Positions 28,410-37,815 of a stretch of DNA of 64,000 bases are shown in pieces. The first letter of the stretch is position 1, and every line of letters begins with the position of its first letter. This stretch comes from Flavobacterium sp. (lineage in GTDB: Bacteria; Bacteroidota; Bacteroidia; Flavobacteriales; Flavobacteriaceae). Made by a program: the position numbers and the translations under genes. Under the pieces are notes generated by a model. The model did no database searches. It saw only the letters and a list, made by a program, of their open reading frames with translations, and was not told the DNA's origin. The stretch covers positions 13,829 through 77,828 of the forward strand of contig JAPLEX010000046.1 of assembly GCA_026390995.1 (NCBI GenBank), written 5' to 3'.

Positions 28410-31244
28410 TTATATAGACAAAATGTATTCAACCAATCCTTGCTCGTGCGGCAACTCCATTTTTTTGCGCAAACGATATCGTTTTATCTCAATACTGCGT
28501 ACAGATATATTCAATAAGGGGGCAATTTCTTTGGAAGATAAATTTAAACGCAAATAGGCACATAGGCGCAAATCATTTGGCGTAAGGGATGCGTGAGCTA
28601 GTTTTACTTTCTTCAAAAAGTCTTTATCGGCAGTATCAAACGCCTCTTTAAATACATTCCAGGTATCCTCTTCCGAAATGTTTTTGGTAATGGTCGAAAT
28701 CACCGATTTCACACTACGACTGCCATCTTCTGAGGTTTTCTTTAAATCTTCTTTGATCACCGCCAACAGTTCATTTTTCTTAATTAAACTCATGGTAGAA
28801 ACCGCCAATTCCCTGCTCTTGTTATCTACGTCCTGCGAAAGCTGTTCGTTGCGCAACTTCATGAGTTGTTGCTCGTTTTCTAATTCTTTAATTTCGAGCA
28901 ATAGGTTGTTTTCTTCTATGAGTTTTTCACGTTGTTTTTGGTAGAATTTTTGGTAGGCTCGGTTGATAAAATGGGCAATTACAAAAGCGATTATCAAATA
29001 CAAAATCACAGCAAAATTGGTGGCATACCAAGGTTTTGCAATCGAAAATTTATACTCGGCAATATTGTCTGGGGAGGAATTGGCAATTTTTGCGCGCACC
29101 CGAAATACATAATCGCCTGCTGCCAAGTTTTTAAAATTCACGGTAGGTTTTGCACTCCATTCGCTCCAATCTTCTTGTATGCCTTCGAGTGCATATTGGT
29201 ATTCGGCATTGATGTACTTGTTGTATTCGGGAACAGTATAGCTGAAGGTGATGTTGTTTTCTTTGGCGCTAAAATCACCTTCATCCGAAATGGAACAATT
29301 GATGCTGTTTTCGTTGAGTTGATTAATGGCTACATTGGCAATTGAAACACTGTAGTTCTTGAAACTCAAATCGTTGATATTGATCGTATAATAGCCGTCG
29401 GTGGTGCCAATTAGATAAACCGAATTGTACAACTGCGAAATGTTCTCATAGCCCGACATCGAATTGGTGAGCGAAGACGGGATAGGAATGGCGTTTTGCT
29501 TGAGGTTGTAACTCAGTTTGTTGAGCGTGAAATAATGAATGTAGTTCTTAGAAAACAACCATATTTTATTGGATTGATCCACAATCATATTGCCCGATGT
29601 GAATTCGTCTTTTTCAAAAATGGCGCTCAATTGCTTGTCTTTTTCGAATTGCTTCGTTTGCTGATTGAGCTTTAGAATCCCGTCTTTATAGGCGTAATAA
29701 ATGGTGTTATTAAACTGGGTTAAACAGGAATTTTTACTTTTATTTGGCGTTTTGTACGTATAGAAGGCAGTGGCTTTGCGCAATGTTTTTTCCAATTGCA
29801 TTCGAAACACCCCTTTGTATTCGTGGCTGATGTATACTTCGAGTTTTGGCGTGAGTTCAAAATACTTGGCCGAGTAATCAAACCCAGCTATCTTATTGCG
29901 AAAAACCCATTGGTTATTAATTTTTTGCAAAACCGAAATGCCGTAATAATTACCCTGCAACAAAAGCGAATTTATGCCCTGTAAAGGTTCAAACTTCCAA
30001 GTTCCAGACTGAGAAAAAATGAGTTTGGCCGAATTGGCTGCTACTACAAAAGTACCCGAATCGTGCCCGCAAAACAAAGTGCCATCAAAATCAAACAAGG
30101 ACCACACCTGCCCTTTTGTACCAGGAATAAACTGAAACTGTTCGTTGGAGTTGTAGTTTTTGCAAAATAATCCTTGATTGGTTCCGATGTACAGTTTGCC
30201 TTGGTATAATTTTGAGGTATACACAGTGCCCAATATTCCGGTATCATCTGAAAAACTTTTTACTGGCGATTGCAAATTGATGCAGTTGATGCCATTATCT
30301 AAGCCGATCCATAAATTTTTATCCGCATCTTCAAACAAAGACAAAGCGGTGTTGTTACTAAGTCCTCTATTTTGGGTAATGTGGTACTTTATTTTACCTG
30401 AGCTATTTAGCACATAAATCCCGTTAGAAACTGTACCAATAGCAAAATTCCCATCCGATAATTGGGTACTGCTGTAAATGCTATTTGCAGCAAATTCAGC
30501 ATCCGATTCGGTTTGGTATTTGGTGAGCGTGTTGCCTGTGAGTTTGTAAAAACCATTGAATTGCGTGAGCAATAACAAACCAGTGTCAGTAGCAATGATG
30601 TTGCTTATTTTGTTGTTTTGAAGTACCGGATGATTTGAAATTAACTTGGACGAGCCATTTTCAATTTCAAATAAGCCTTCGTTCATGGACTGAAAATAAA
30701 CGGCCGCATTGGTTTTAAACGCTTTGGTAATGATTGATTTACTGCTCACAATTTTAAAGCGATCGGTCTTGGTATCGTATATATATATGCGATTCAAGGA
30801 TTGAAACAACACCCATTGGTCCACACTAAGTATGTTCCAGAATTGTTCGTCATCCAGAATTTTAGATTTTATTTTATTGCTTAAGGAAGTATACTGTAAT
30901 CGTCCATTAACTTGGCGTTTCCAATACCCAAATTCCATGTAACAGCCCGTGTAGATTTTTTTGTCGATTACTTTTACCGAACGCATGATGGTTTCGTTGG
31001 GCGTGGGATACAAGGTCCAGTTAGAGCCGTTGTATTCCAAGAGACCGTCGTTGTTGGCAAAAAACAAGAAATGATTTGAACCCTGCGCGATCATCCAATT
31101 TTGGTTTCCCGCATTGTAAGCCGTTGGGCTGTACTTTACAATGGGTGGTAATTCCTGCGCAATTGATGCGCCTGAAAGCATCAAAAAGCATACAATCAGC
31201 ACAAAATGTATGAGGTTTCTTTTATTCATTGTTATGAAATTCAT
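28410..31244 (-). CDS. PUL sensor-regulator: beta-propeller, Y_Y_Y domain, TM helix, LuxR-type HTH
   Basis: Propeller repeats (LWIGLDNG, LYIGTNQG), YQYALEG..W..W..NLAAGDYVFRVRA, LTPNDLRLCAYLRLNLSSKEIA..RYRLRKK. Confidence 0.88.
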   Translation of the reverse strand: MNFITMNKRNLIHFVLIVCFLMLSGASIAQELPPIVKYSPTAYNAGNQNWMIAQGSNHFLFFANNDGLLEYNGSNWTLYPTPNETIMRSVKVIDKKIYTGCYMEFGYWKRQVNGRLQYTSLSNKIKSKILDDEQFWNILSVDQWVLFQSLNRIYIYDTKTDRFKIVSSKSIITKAFKTNAAVYFQSMNEGLFEIENGSSKLISNHPVLQNNKISNIIATDTGLLLLTQFNGFYKLTGNTLTKYQTESDAEFAANSIYSSTQLSDGNFAIGTVSNGIYVLNSSGKIKYHITQNRGLSNNTALSLFEDADKNLWIGLDNGINCINLQSPVKSFSDDTGILGTVYTSKLYQGKLYIGTNQGLFCKNYNSNEQFQFIPGTKGQVWSLFDFDGTLFCGHDSGTFVVAANSAKLIFSQSGTWKFEPLQGINSLLLQGNYYGISVLQKINNQWVFRNKIAGFDYSAKYFELTPKLEVYISHEYKGVFRMQLEKTLRKATAFYTYKTPNKSKNSCLTQFNNTIYYAYKDGILKLNQQTKQFEKDKQLSAIFEKDEFTSGNMIVDQSNKIWLFSKNYIHYFTLNKLSYNLKQNAIPIPSSLTNSMSGYENISQLYNSVYLIGTTDGYYTININDLSFKNYSVSIANVAINQLNENSINCSISDEGDFSAKENNITFSYTVPEYNKYINAEYQYALEGIQEDWSEWSAKPTVNFKNLAAGDYVFRVRAKIANSSPDNIAEYKFSIAKPWYATNFAVILYLIIAFVIAHFINRAYQKFYQKQREKLIEENNLLLEIKELENEQQLMKLRNEQLSQDVDNKSRELAVSTMSLIKKNELLAVIKEDLKKTSEDGSRSVKSVISTITKNISEEDTWNVFKEAFDTADKDFLKKVKLAHASLTPNDLRLCAYLRLNLSSKEIAPLLNISVRSIEIKRYRLRKKMELPHEQGLVEYILSI

Positions 31245-31263
31245 CTAGCTAAGACTGGTTGAG

Positions 31264-31296
31264 AAAAAAAAGCACGCTTATACTAAACGTGCTTTT
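31264..31296 (-). terminator. Terminator after the T9SS protein gene at 31325-33208
   Basis: AAAAGCACG-N11-CGTGCTTTT with an adjacent A-run. Confidence 0.7.
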
Positions 31297-31324
31297 ATCA
31301 ACTCAACTGTATTTTGGGGTATAA

Positions 31325-33208
31325 TTATTTTTTAATTAATCTAGAAGTAGCAGTTGCACCATCGGCAGTCACTTTTACTAAATAGATTCCTGCTTGTAAA
31401 TCGGCAATGTCAAGAACAACTGAATCAGCATTTGGGTTGATTTGTTTGATTTCTTGTCCAATTACAGAATAAACAGCAATCGAATCGATTACTTTTTTCG
31501 CTGTAATAGTAACCACATCTGAACTTGGATTTGGGAACATTTTTACATCGGCCAAGTTAAATGTAGCAGAGGCCAACGGGGTGTTACTGAAATAAACATT
31601 GTCAACAAATACGGTTCCTGCTCCAGCTGGATTTCCTGAGAAAATCAATTGAGCGATGTGAGCTCTAGAAGTTAAACCTGTAAAACTAGACAAGGGAATA
31701 TCGTAACCGTTCCACTGATTCAAAACGGGTGTATAGGATAACTCGAATTCTGTGTCATCATTTGGAGTTCCTTGGTACACACCATTTGCACCAAAATCAA
31801 CCAACTTCACTCGGAAAGTAGTCATGTTTGGCGTCCAAGCATCCACGTGAAAATACTGCATGTTGGTGGCATTGATTTGGCTATTTACCGTTTCAACTCC
31901 CACGAAATTTAAGGCAGAATATTTTTTAGTGTCATTGCCTGCAATTTGCAAGTCCGTTAAGTTGGCCGATGACCATACTGTTCTCCAAGTATCTACAGCA
32001 ACATTGGTGTAGGCATTACTAAACATAGAAATCACAGAAGCAGCCGGACGAGTTGGCGTTGGCGCAGCCGTCATTGGCTCATTTGGATTTGATGTTGGAA
32101 CATTGTGAAAATATACGTTATCAATATAAATAACTCCAGCCGCATCGGGCAATCCAGAGAAAATCAATTGTGCAATATGTCCTCTTGTCGTTAATCCACC
32201 AAAATCAGCCAATGGAATTTCATAGCTATTCCATCCGTTCAAAGTAGGTACATAGGTGATTTCGTGTTCTACGTCGTCGCCTCCAGCAAAAGCTCCATCA
32301 GCACCAAAATCAACCAATTTCACACGGAAAGCAGTCATGTTTGGTGTCCAAGCATCTAAGTGAAAAGTAGTCATTGCAGTAGCATTAATCGGGCTTGAAG
32401 TAGCCTCAACTCCTACAAAGCTCAAAGCAGAATATTTTTTGGTATCGTTTCCTGCAATTTGCAAATCTGTTAAGGTAGCGTTAGACCAATCGGTTCTCCA
32501 AGTATCTACTGTTACGTTGGTGTAGGCATTGCTAAACATCGAAACTACATTGGCAGCTGGACGAGTAGGTGTTGGTGCAGCAGTAAGAGGCTCCTGAGGA
32601 GTAACTGCATTTCCTGCTACTACTACATTACCTAATGCAGCTTCTTGCGCAGGGTTGGCATTCAAACCTTTGACAGTAAAACCATATTGCACAACTAAAC
32701 CAGCTGGGATTGCTGCGTCAGTAGTAATGCTAAAGGGTTGACCGGCCACTAAAGGGGCAGATACAAATACATCGGTAGAATAACCGGTTGCAGGATTTAA
32801 TCCTTTAATAAAGGCAACCGCTGTATAAGCAGAGTTTAAAGTGTTACTCGTTACGTTACCCGTAAAAGTTAGCACTTGACCTGCAAATGCGTTGTTTTCT
32901 ACAAAGGTATTTCCTTCAAATATTTTGTTTCCAATTGCACCATTTGACCAATACGGATCAGCGGCATTGTAGGTGTTGTAGTTTGGATACAAAGTAACCG
33001 TGTTGGCACCTGCATTGACTACCGATTTCATATCGGCCAATCCCCAACCACTTCCAAACTGAAACGTTGTTCCATCAGTTAAAAAGACATTGGCGTAGCC
33101 CGTCCACAAATCAGCTCCGTTAACAGAAACTGAATTTTGTGAAATTCCATTTTGAATTCCCGCAAAGGAGCAAAACAAAATAGCAACTAATTGTAAAGTT
33201 TTTTTCAT
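31325..33208 (-). CDS. T9SS-secreted protein: unknown N-domain, two tandem putative carbohydrate-binding domains, type A CTD
   Basis: Signal peptide; two ~165-aa repeats (AAPTPTRPAA..VISMFSNAY..DNVYF); CTD VKMFPNPSSD..YSVIGQ..GIYLVKV..RLIKK. Confidence 0.85.
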   Translation of the reverse strand: MKKTLQLVAILFCSFAGIQNGISQNSVSVNGADLWTGYANVFLTDGTTFQFGSGWGLADMKSVVNAGANTVTLYPNYNTYNAADPYWSNGAIGNKIFEGNTFVENNAFAGQVLTFTGNVTSNTLNSAYTAVAFIKGLNPATGYSTDVFVSAPLVAGQPFSITTDAAIPAGLVVQYGFTVKGLNANPAQEAALGNVVVAGNAVTPQEPLTAAPTPTRPAANVVSMFSNAYTNVTVDTWRTDWSNATLTDLQIAGNDTKKYSALSFVGVEATSSPINATAMTTFHLDAWTPNMTAFRVKLVDFGADGAFAGGDDVEHEITYVPTLNGWNSYEIPLADFGGLTTRGHIAQLIFSGLPDAAGVIYIDNVYFHNVPTSNPNEPMTAAPTPTRPAASVISMFSNAYTNVAVDTWRTVWSSANLTDLQIAGNDTKKYSALNFVGVETVNSQINATNMQYFHVDAWTPNMTTFRVKLVDFGANGVYQGTPNDDTEFELSYTPVLNQWNGYDIPLSSFTGLTSRAHIAQLIFSGNPAGAGTVFVDNVYFSNTPLASATFNLADVKMFPNPSSDVVTITAKKVIDSIAVYSVIGQEIKQINPNADSVVLDIADLQAGIYLVKVTADGATATSRLIKK

Positions 33209-33230
33209 CTTATTAAATTTTTAATTTTTT

Positions 33231-33290
33231 CAAATGTACAACAGGAATGCAAACGATGTAGTAAGCAGAGCTATATAAAAACTATACAAC
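33231..33290 (-). promoter_or_regulatory. Promoter and putative activator site for the 31325-33208 gene
   Basis: -7 box TACATTTG (33238-33231); ACTATACAA begins at 33281, the same offset as upstream of 34852. Confidence 0.6.
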
Positions 33291-33513
33291 TTTCATTTGC
33301 AGAACTTCCCAGCAAAATAAGTCAAAACATATTGAATTTCATATAGATAAACAATATTTAACAGCTGTTTGATATTTAATGATTGGCTCTGAATCGAATA
33401 TAATGTTGTGGTAGTGTTGTAGTGTACTATTTCGTTTTCGTGCTGCGCAAGCTATACAAGAGTTCATGAAGCGCTTATTTATTTTGTTTATGGTTAATAG
33501 AAAACTATAAAAC

Positions 33514-33545
33514 AAAAAAGCACGTTAAACAAACGTGCTTTTTTT
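33514..33545. terminator. Terminator after the T9SS protein gene at 33566-34852
   Basis: AAAAAAGCACGTT-aaaca-AACGTGCTTTTTT. Confidence 0.8.
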
Positions 33546-33565
33546 GACTTCAATAAAATTAACAT

Positions 33566-34852
33566 TTAACCCTTAATTAGCTTAGAAGTACTGCTTTTTC
33601 CGTCTTGTGTTTGAACAACCAAAACATAAAGTCCGTTATTGAGGTTTGCAATTGAAAGTGTAGCTTGTGTACTAGAAACAAACTCTTCCTGAACTACTTG
33701 ACCAAGTGTTGAATAAATCGTGATTTTTTGCATTGGACTGCTCATGTTGATGTTTATTCGATCTGTGGCAGGATTAGGAGAAACTACAAGGGATGGCATT
33801 TCATGGGTTGCCGTACTAAATGGCAAATCCAATCGAATGTCATCAAACAAATAGTATTCGCCTGTTCCAATTACCCCAAAATTGAAAAACACAACCACTC
33901 TTTTGTAATTATTAGCGGAGTTGATTCCAGGGAAAGCAAAGGACAATTCGTGCCAATCGTTTGCCACTGTGGTTGTTGCATCTACTTCGATATTAAATGC
34001 GGCATTAGTTAAATTTTCTAATTTCAATTTTACCACACTGCCCACTTGGGGAGCAAACACTTTCATTTTAAAGGTTTGTGAAGCTGAAAAATTGATTGGC
34101 GAGCCCAATTCAATAAAAGAACCCGACCATTCCGGACCATTGTTCTTAATCAAAATTCCGGCATGGGCCGATGTATTGATGCCCAACGGATAAGGATTGT
34201 TTATTACAGAAGTGTCAGTGTTGCCAAAATTGGTGAAATTGTAATCTAAACCAGCAACTTCAAAATCCAAAGGCAATTCAGGTTTAATAATTTCTGGACC
34301 AAAGGAGATTCGATCAAAATAACACACATTATCAGAAGTTCTCGCTTGGAAATCGGGAAAAATAATAATTTGGTCATTGGTCTCTCCAATGCGGCTTGAA
34401 AAATCAAAGACTAATTCTTCCCATTGATTTACTTGGGTATTGGCCACTTTAATTTCGCCCGTAGACGCATTGGTTGCCGAGGCAAATTTAATACCCACGT
34501 CACTAATCACCGATTTATACACTAGGATGCGTACCGTGCAATTACTTGCTGTAATTACATAGGATCCTAAGGCCGACGGACCTGGAACTGGTTGCGATCC
34601 AGGGTGTTGATTTTCTACACCGGCAAAGGGAGCGCCAGTTACAAGTGTGGTCATTTTGGCTACAGTAGCCGAGGTATTTATTCCGGTAGTAGACGGATTA
34701 CTCACAAATTCTAATGGCGTATTTGTCCCATTTTCGAATACTTTCCATACCCAAGCAGCCCCTTGCTCTCCCGGTTCAAAAGTGATTGGACCATTTTGAG
34801 CCCATCCCAAAGCACATACCAAGAAAACGCTTATTTGTACAATTTTTTTCAT
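33566..34852 (-). CDS. T9SS-secreted protein with two tandem beta-sandwich (CBM-like) domains and a type A CTD
   Basis: Repeats PITFE..NP..GINTS..WEELVFDF and PLDFE..NP..GINTS..WHELSFAF; CTD VSPNPATD..YSTLGQ..GLYVLVV..KLIKG. Confidence 0.8.
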   Translation of the reverse strand: MKKIVQISVFLVCALGWAQNGPITFEPGEQGAAWVWKVFENGTNTPLEFVSNPSTTGINTSATVAKMTTLVTGAPFAGVENQHPGSQPVPGPSALGSYVITASNCTVRILVYKSVISDVGIKFASATNASTGEIKVANTQVNQWEELVFDFSSRIGETNDQIIIFPDFQARTSDNVCYFDRISFGPEIIKPELPLDFEVAGLDYNFTNFGNTDTSVINNPYPLGINTSAHAGILIKNNGPEWSGSFIELGSPINFSASQTFKMKVFAPQVGSVVKLKLENLTNAAFNIEVDATTTVANDWHELSFAFPGINSANNYKRVVVFFNFGVIGTGEYYLFDDIRLDLPFSTATHEMPSLVVSPNPATDRININMSSPMQKITIYSTLGQVVQEEFVSSTQATLSIANLNNGLYVLVVQTQDGKSSTSKLIKG

Positions 34853-34872
34853 AAGTTCTAATTTTAGTTTCC

Positions 34873-34931
34873 CAAATATAAACCATCTGTTCTGCAGAAT
34901 CAGAAATGGCTTGTATAAAAAAACTATACAA
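34873..34931 (-). promoter_or_regulatory. Promoter and putative activator site for the 33566-34852 gene
   Basis: -7 box TATATTTG (34880-34873); ACTATACAA at 34923-34931. Confidence 0.6.
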
Positions 34932-35025
34932 AAGTTTATTTACTAGAATCCTCCGTAATAATCTACCTTAATAAATAGTGCTTTTTTCTATATTTGCCTG
35001 CCTTGTTCAAAAGGACATATTTCAC

Positions 35026-37815
35026 ATGAAAGCAGCCGATCATTCACTACCAAATCCCAAGACACACATCCTAATAAAAGGAGCGCAAGTGCACAACTTG
35101 AAATGCCTGGATGTGGCCATCCCGCGCAACAAATTGGTTGTCATTACAGGTCTTTCGGGCTCTGGAAAATCATCATTAGCCTTTGATACTTTGTATGCCG
35201 AAGGACAACGACGTTATGTAGAAAGTTTGTCTTCCTATGCTCGCCAATTTTTGGGACGCTTAGATAAGCCCAAGGTTGAATACATTAAAGGCATTGCACC
35301 AGCCATTGCAATAGAACAAAAAGTAAACACCACCAACGCTCGGTCTACCGTAGGAACCTCAACCGAGATCTATGATTACCTTAAACTATTATTTGCCCGC
35401 ATCGGAAAAACCTTCTCCCCTGTTTCGGGCCAAGAAGTAAAAAAAGATACCGTGGCCGATGTTATTTCAGCCTTCAAAGGACTGGAATTAGACAGCAGAT
35501 GGTTGCTTTTGGCCCCGATTCAATTGGAAGAAGGCCGAAAAATCGAAGACAAACTCAAGGTATTGCTGCAACAAGGCTATGCCAGAATTTTATACCAAGG
35601 AGAAACCATTCGCCTCGATGAATTGCCTGAGCTGAGCTTTAAACTAGCTGATTTATATCTAATTATTGACCGTATTGTAGTCAAAGACGATGAAGGCTTT
35701 TACAATCGCTTGGCTGATGCGGTACAAACCTCCTTTTTTGAAGGGAAAGGAGTCTGTGTTTTGCAAGAGGTTTCCACGCAAAACAAGCATCAATTTAACA
35801 ATGCTTTTGAATTGGATGGACTCGAATTTATTGAGCCCAACGTGCATTTGTTTAGTTTTAATAATCCCTATGGCGCTTGTCCGGTCTGCGAAGGATACGG
35901 CAGCATCATTGGGATTGATGAAGATTTAGTAATTCCAAATACCGCCTTGTCTGTCTATGAAAATGCCATTTATCCCTGGCGGGGGGAAAGCATGGGTTGG
36001 TACCGCGACCAGTTGGTACATGCGGCCTATAAATTTGACTTTCCCATACACAAGCCTTATTTTGAATTAACCGAAAAACAGAAAGAACTCGTTTGGATTG
36101 GCAACAGCCACTTTCAGGGCTTACATGATTTTTTTAAAGAACTGGAAGATAAAAACTACAAGATTCAAAACCGGGTGATGCTTTCGCGTTACCGAGGCAA
36201 AACCAAATGTACTGCCTGTAAGGGCAAACGACTGCGTCCAGAAGCGCTGTATGTGAAAATTCAAGACAAAACCTTGGTTGATTTGGTTGAAATGCCCATT
36301 GATCAGGTGTTGGTTTTCTTTGAAAACGTTCAACTCAGCGAATACGACACCCAAGTTTCCAAACGATTATTAGTCGAAATCACCAATCGACTGCGGTTTT
36401 TATTGCATGTGGGACTGCCCTACCTCACCTTGAATCGTAACTCGGCCACCTTGTCGGGTGGAGAATCGCAACGCATTAATTTAGCCACTTCCTTGGGCAG
36501 TAGTTTAGTGGGCTCGATGTACATCTTGGACGAACCGAGCATTGGCTTGCACCCCAAAGATTCGGAGCAACTCATCCAAGTATTGCTATCGCTGCGAGAT
36601 TTGGGCAATACCGTAATTGTGGTTGAACACGACGAAGACATCATGAAAGCGGCCGATCAAATCATTGACATTGGCCCCGAAGCCGGATCTTTTGGTGGCG
36701 AATTAGTGGCCCAAGGTAGTTTTGCTGATATTCTGAAGGCTGAATCTTTAACTGCTCAATACTTGAACGGAAAATTAGCCATCGAGTTACCCAAAAAACG
36801 TCGAAATTGGACTTCCTATATCGACATCATTGGCGCGCGCGAACACAACCTAAAAAATATCGATGTACGATTTCCTCTCGAAGTACTCACCGTCATTACG
36901 GGTGTTTCGGGTAGCGGAAAAAGTACGCTAATCAAGAAAATATTATTTCCAGCCTTGCAAAAAAAGATCGAAGGCATGAGCGAAAAAGCGGGCCAATTTA
37001 CCGACCTGCAAGGGTTTTACCACAAAGTGCATCACATTGAATACGTAGACCAAAACCCTATTGGACGCAGCTCACGGTCTAATCCGGTTACTTATATTAA
37101 GGCCTATGATGACATCCGGGACTTGTTTGCCAAAGAAAAACGGTCCAAACTCAGTGGCTTTCAAGCCAAGCATTTCTCTTTTAATGTCGATGGTGGACGC
37201 TGTGACAGCTGCAAAGGCGAAGGCGTGATCAACGTAGAAATGGTATTCATGGCCGATGTGCATTTACCCTGTGAAGTCTGCAACGGCAAACGATTCAAAA
37301 AAGAAGTACTCGAAGTACAAGTTGAAGGCAAAAACATCGACGACATTCTTACGAGTACCGTTGACCAAGCGATCGCATTCTTTAGTACCCACAAACAAAC
37401 CAAAATTGTACAAAAACTGCAACCCTTGCAAGATGTAGGTTTGGGCTATGTGCAATTGGGGCAATCTTCCTCTACCTTGTCTGGTGGCGAAGCCCAACGC
37501 ATCAAATTGGCCTCGTTCTTGGTGAAAGGAAATACCAAAGAAAAAGCCCTGTTTGTGTTTGACGAACCCACTACTGGCTTGCATTTTCACGACATTAATA
37601 AACTCAAAGCGTCTTTTGATGCCTTGATAGACAAAGGACATTCGATCATTGTAATTGAACACAACCTCGATTTAATAAAATGTGCCGATTACATTATAGA
37701 TTTGGGACCTGTGGGCGGTGAAGAGGGTGGTTATTTATTGGCCTCTGGCACACCCGAAGAAGTAGCAAAAAACCCAAAATCAGTTACCGGAAAATATTTA
37801 AAGAGTAAATTATAA
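35026..37815 (+). CDS. uvrA: Excinuclease ABC subunit A
   Basis: Two ABC modules (GLSGSGKS, LSGGESQRI; GVSGSGKS, LSGGEAQRI) with zinc fingers; TATATTTG at 34989-34996 favours ATG 35026. Confidence 0.95.
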   Translation: MKAADHSLPNPKTHILIKGAQVHNLKCLDVAIPRNKLVVITGLSGSGKSSLAFDTLYAEGQRRYVESLSSYARQFLGRLDKPKVEYIKGIAPAIAIEQKVNTTNARSTVGTSTEIYDYLKLLFARIGKTFSPVSGQEVKKDTVADVISAFKGLELDSRWLLLAPIQLEEGRKIEDKLKVLLQQGYARILYQGETIRLDELPELSFKLADLYLIIDRIVVKDDEGFYNRLADAVQTSFFEGKGVCVLQEVSTQNKHQFNNAFELDGLEFIEPNVHLFSFNNPYGACPVCEGYGSIIGIDEDLVIPNTALSVYENAIYPWRGESMGWYRDQLVHAAYKFDFPIHKPYFELTEKQKELVWIGNSHFQGLHDFFKELEDKNYKIQNRVMLSRYRGKTKCTACKGKRLRPEALYVKIQDKTLVDLVEMPIDQVLVFFENVQLSEYDTQVSKRLLVEITNRLRFLLHVGLPYLTLNRNSATLSGGESQRINLATSLGSSLVGSMYILDEPSIGLHPKDSEQLIQVLLSLRDLGNTVIVVEHDEDIMKAADQIIDIGPEAGSFGGELVAQGSFADILKAESLTAQYLNGKLAIELPKKRRNWTSYIDIIGAREHNLKNIDVRFPLEVLTVITGVSGSGKSTLIKKILFPALQKKIEGMSEKAGQFTDLQGFYHKVHHIEYVDQNPIGRSSRSNPVTYIKAYDDIRDLFAKEKRSKLSGFQAKHFSFNVDGGRCDSCKGEGVINVEMVFMADVHLPCEVCNGKRFKKEVLEVQVEGKNIDDILTSTVDQAIAFFSTHKQTKIVQKLQPLQDVGLGYVQLGQSSSTLSGGEAQRIKLASFLVKGNTKEKALFVFDEPTTGLHFHDINKLKASFDALIDKGHSIIVIEHNLDLIKCADYIIDLGPVGGEEGGYLLASGTPEEVAKNPKSVTGKYLKSKL

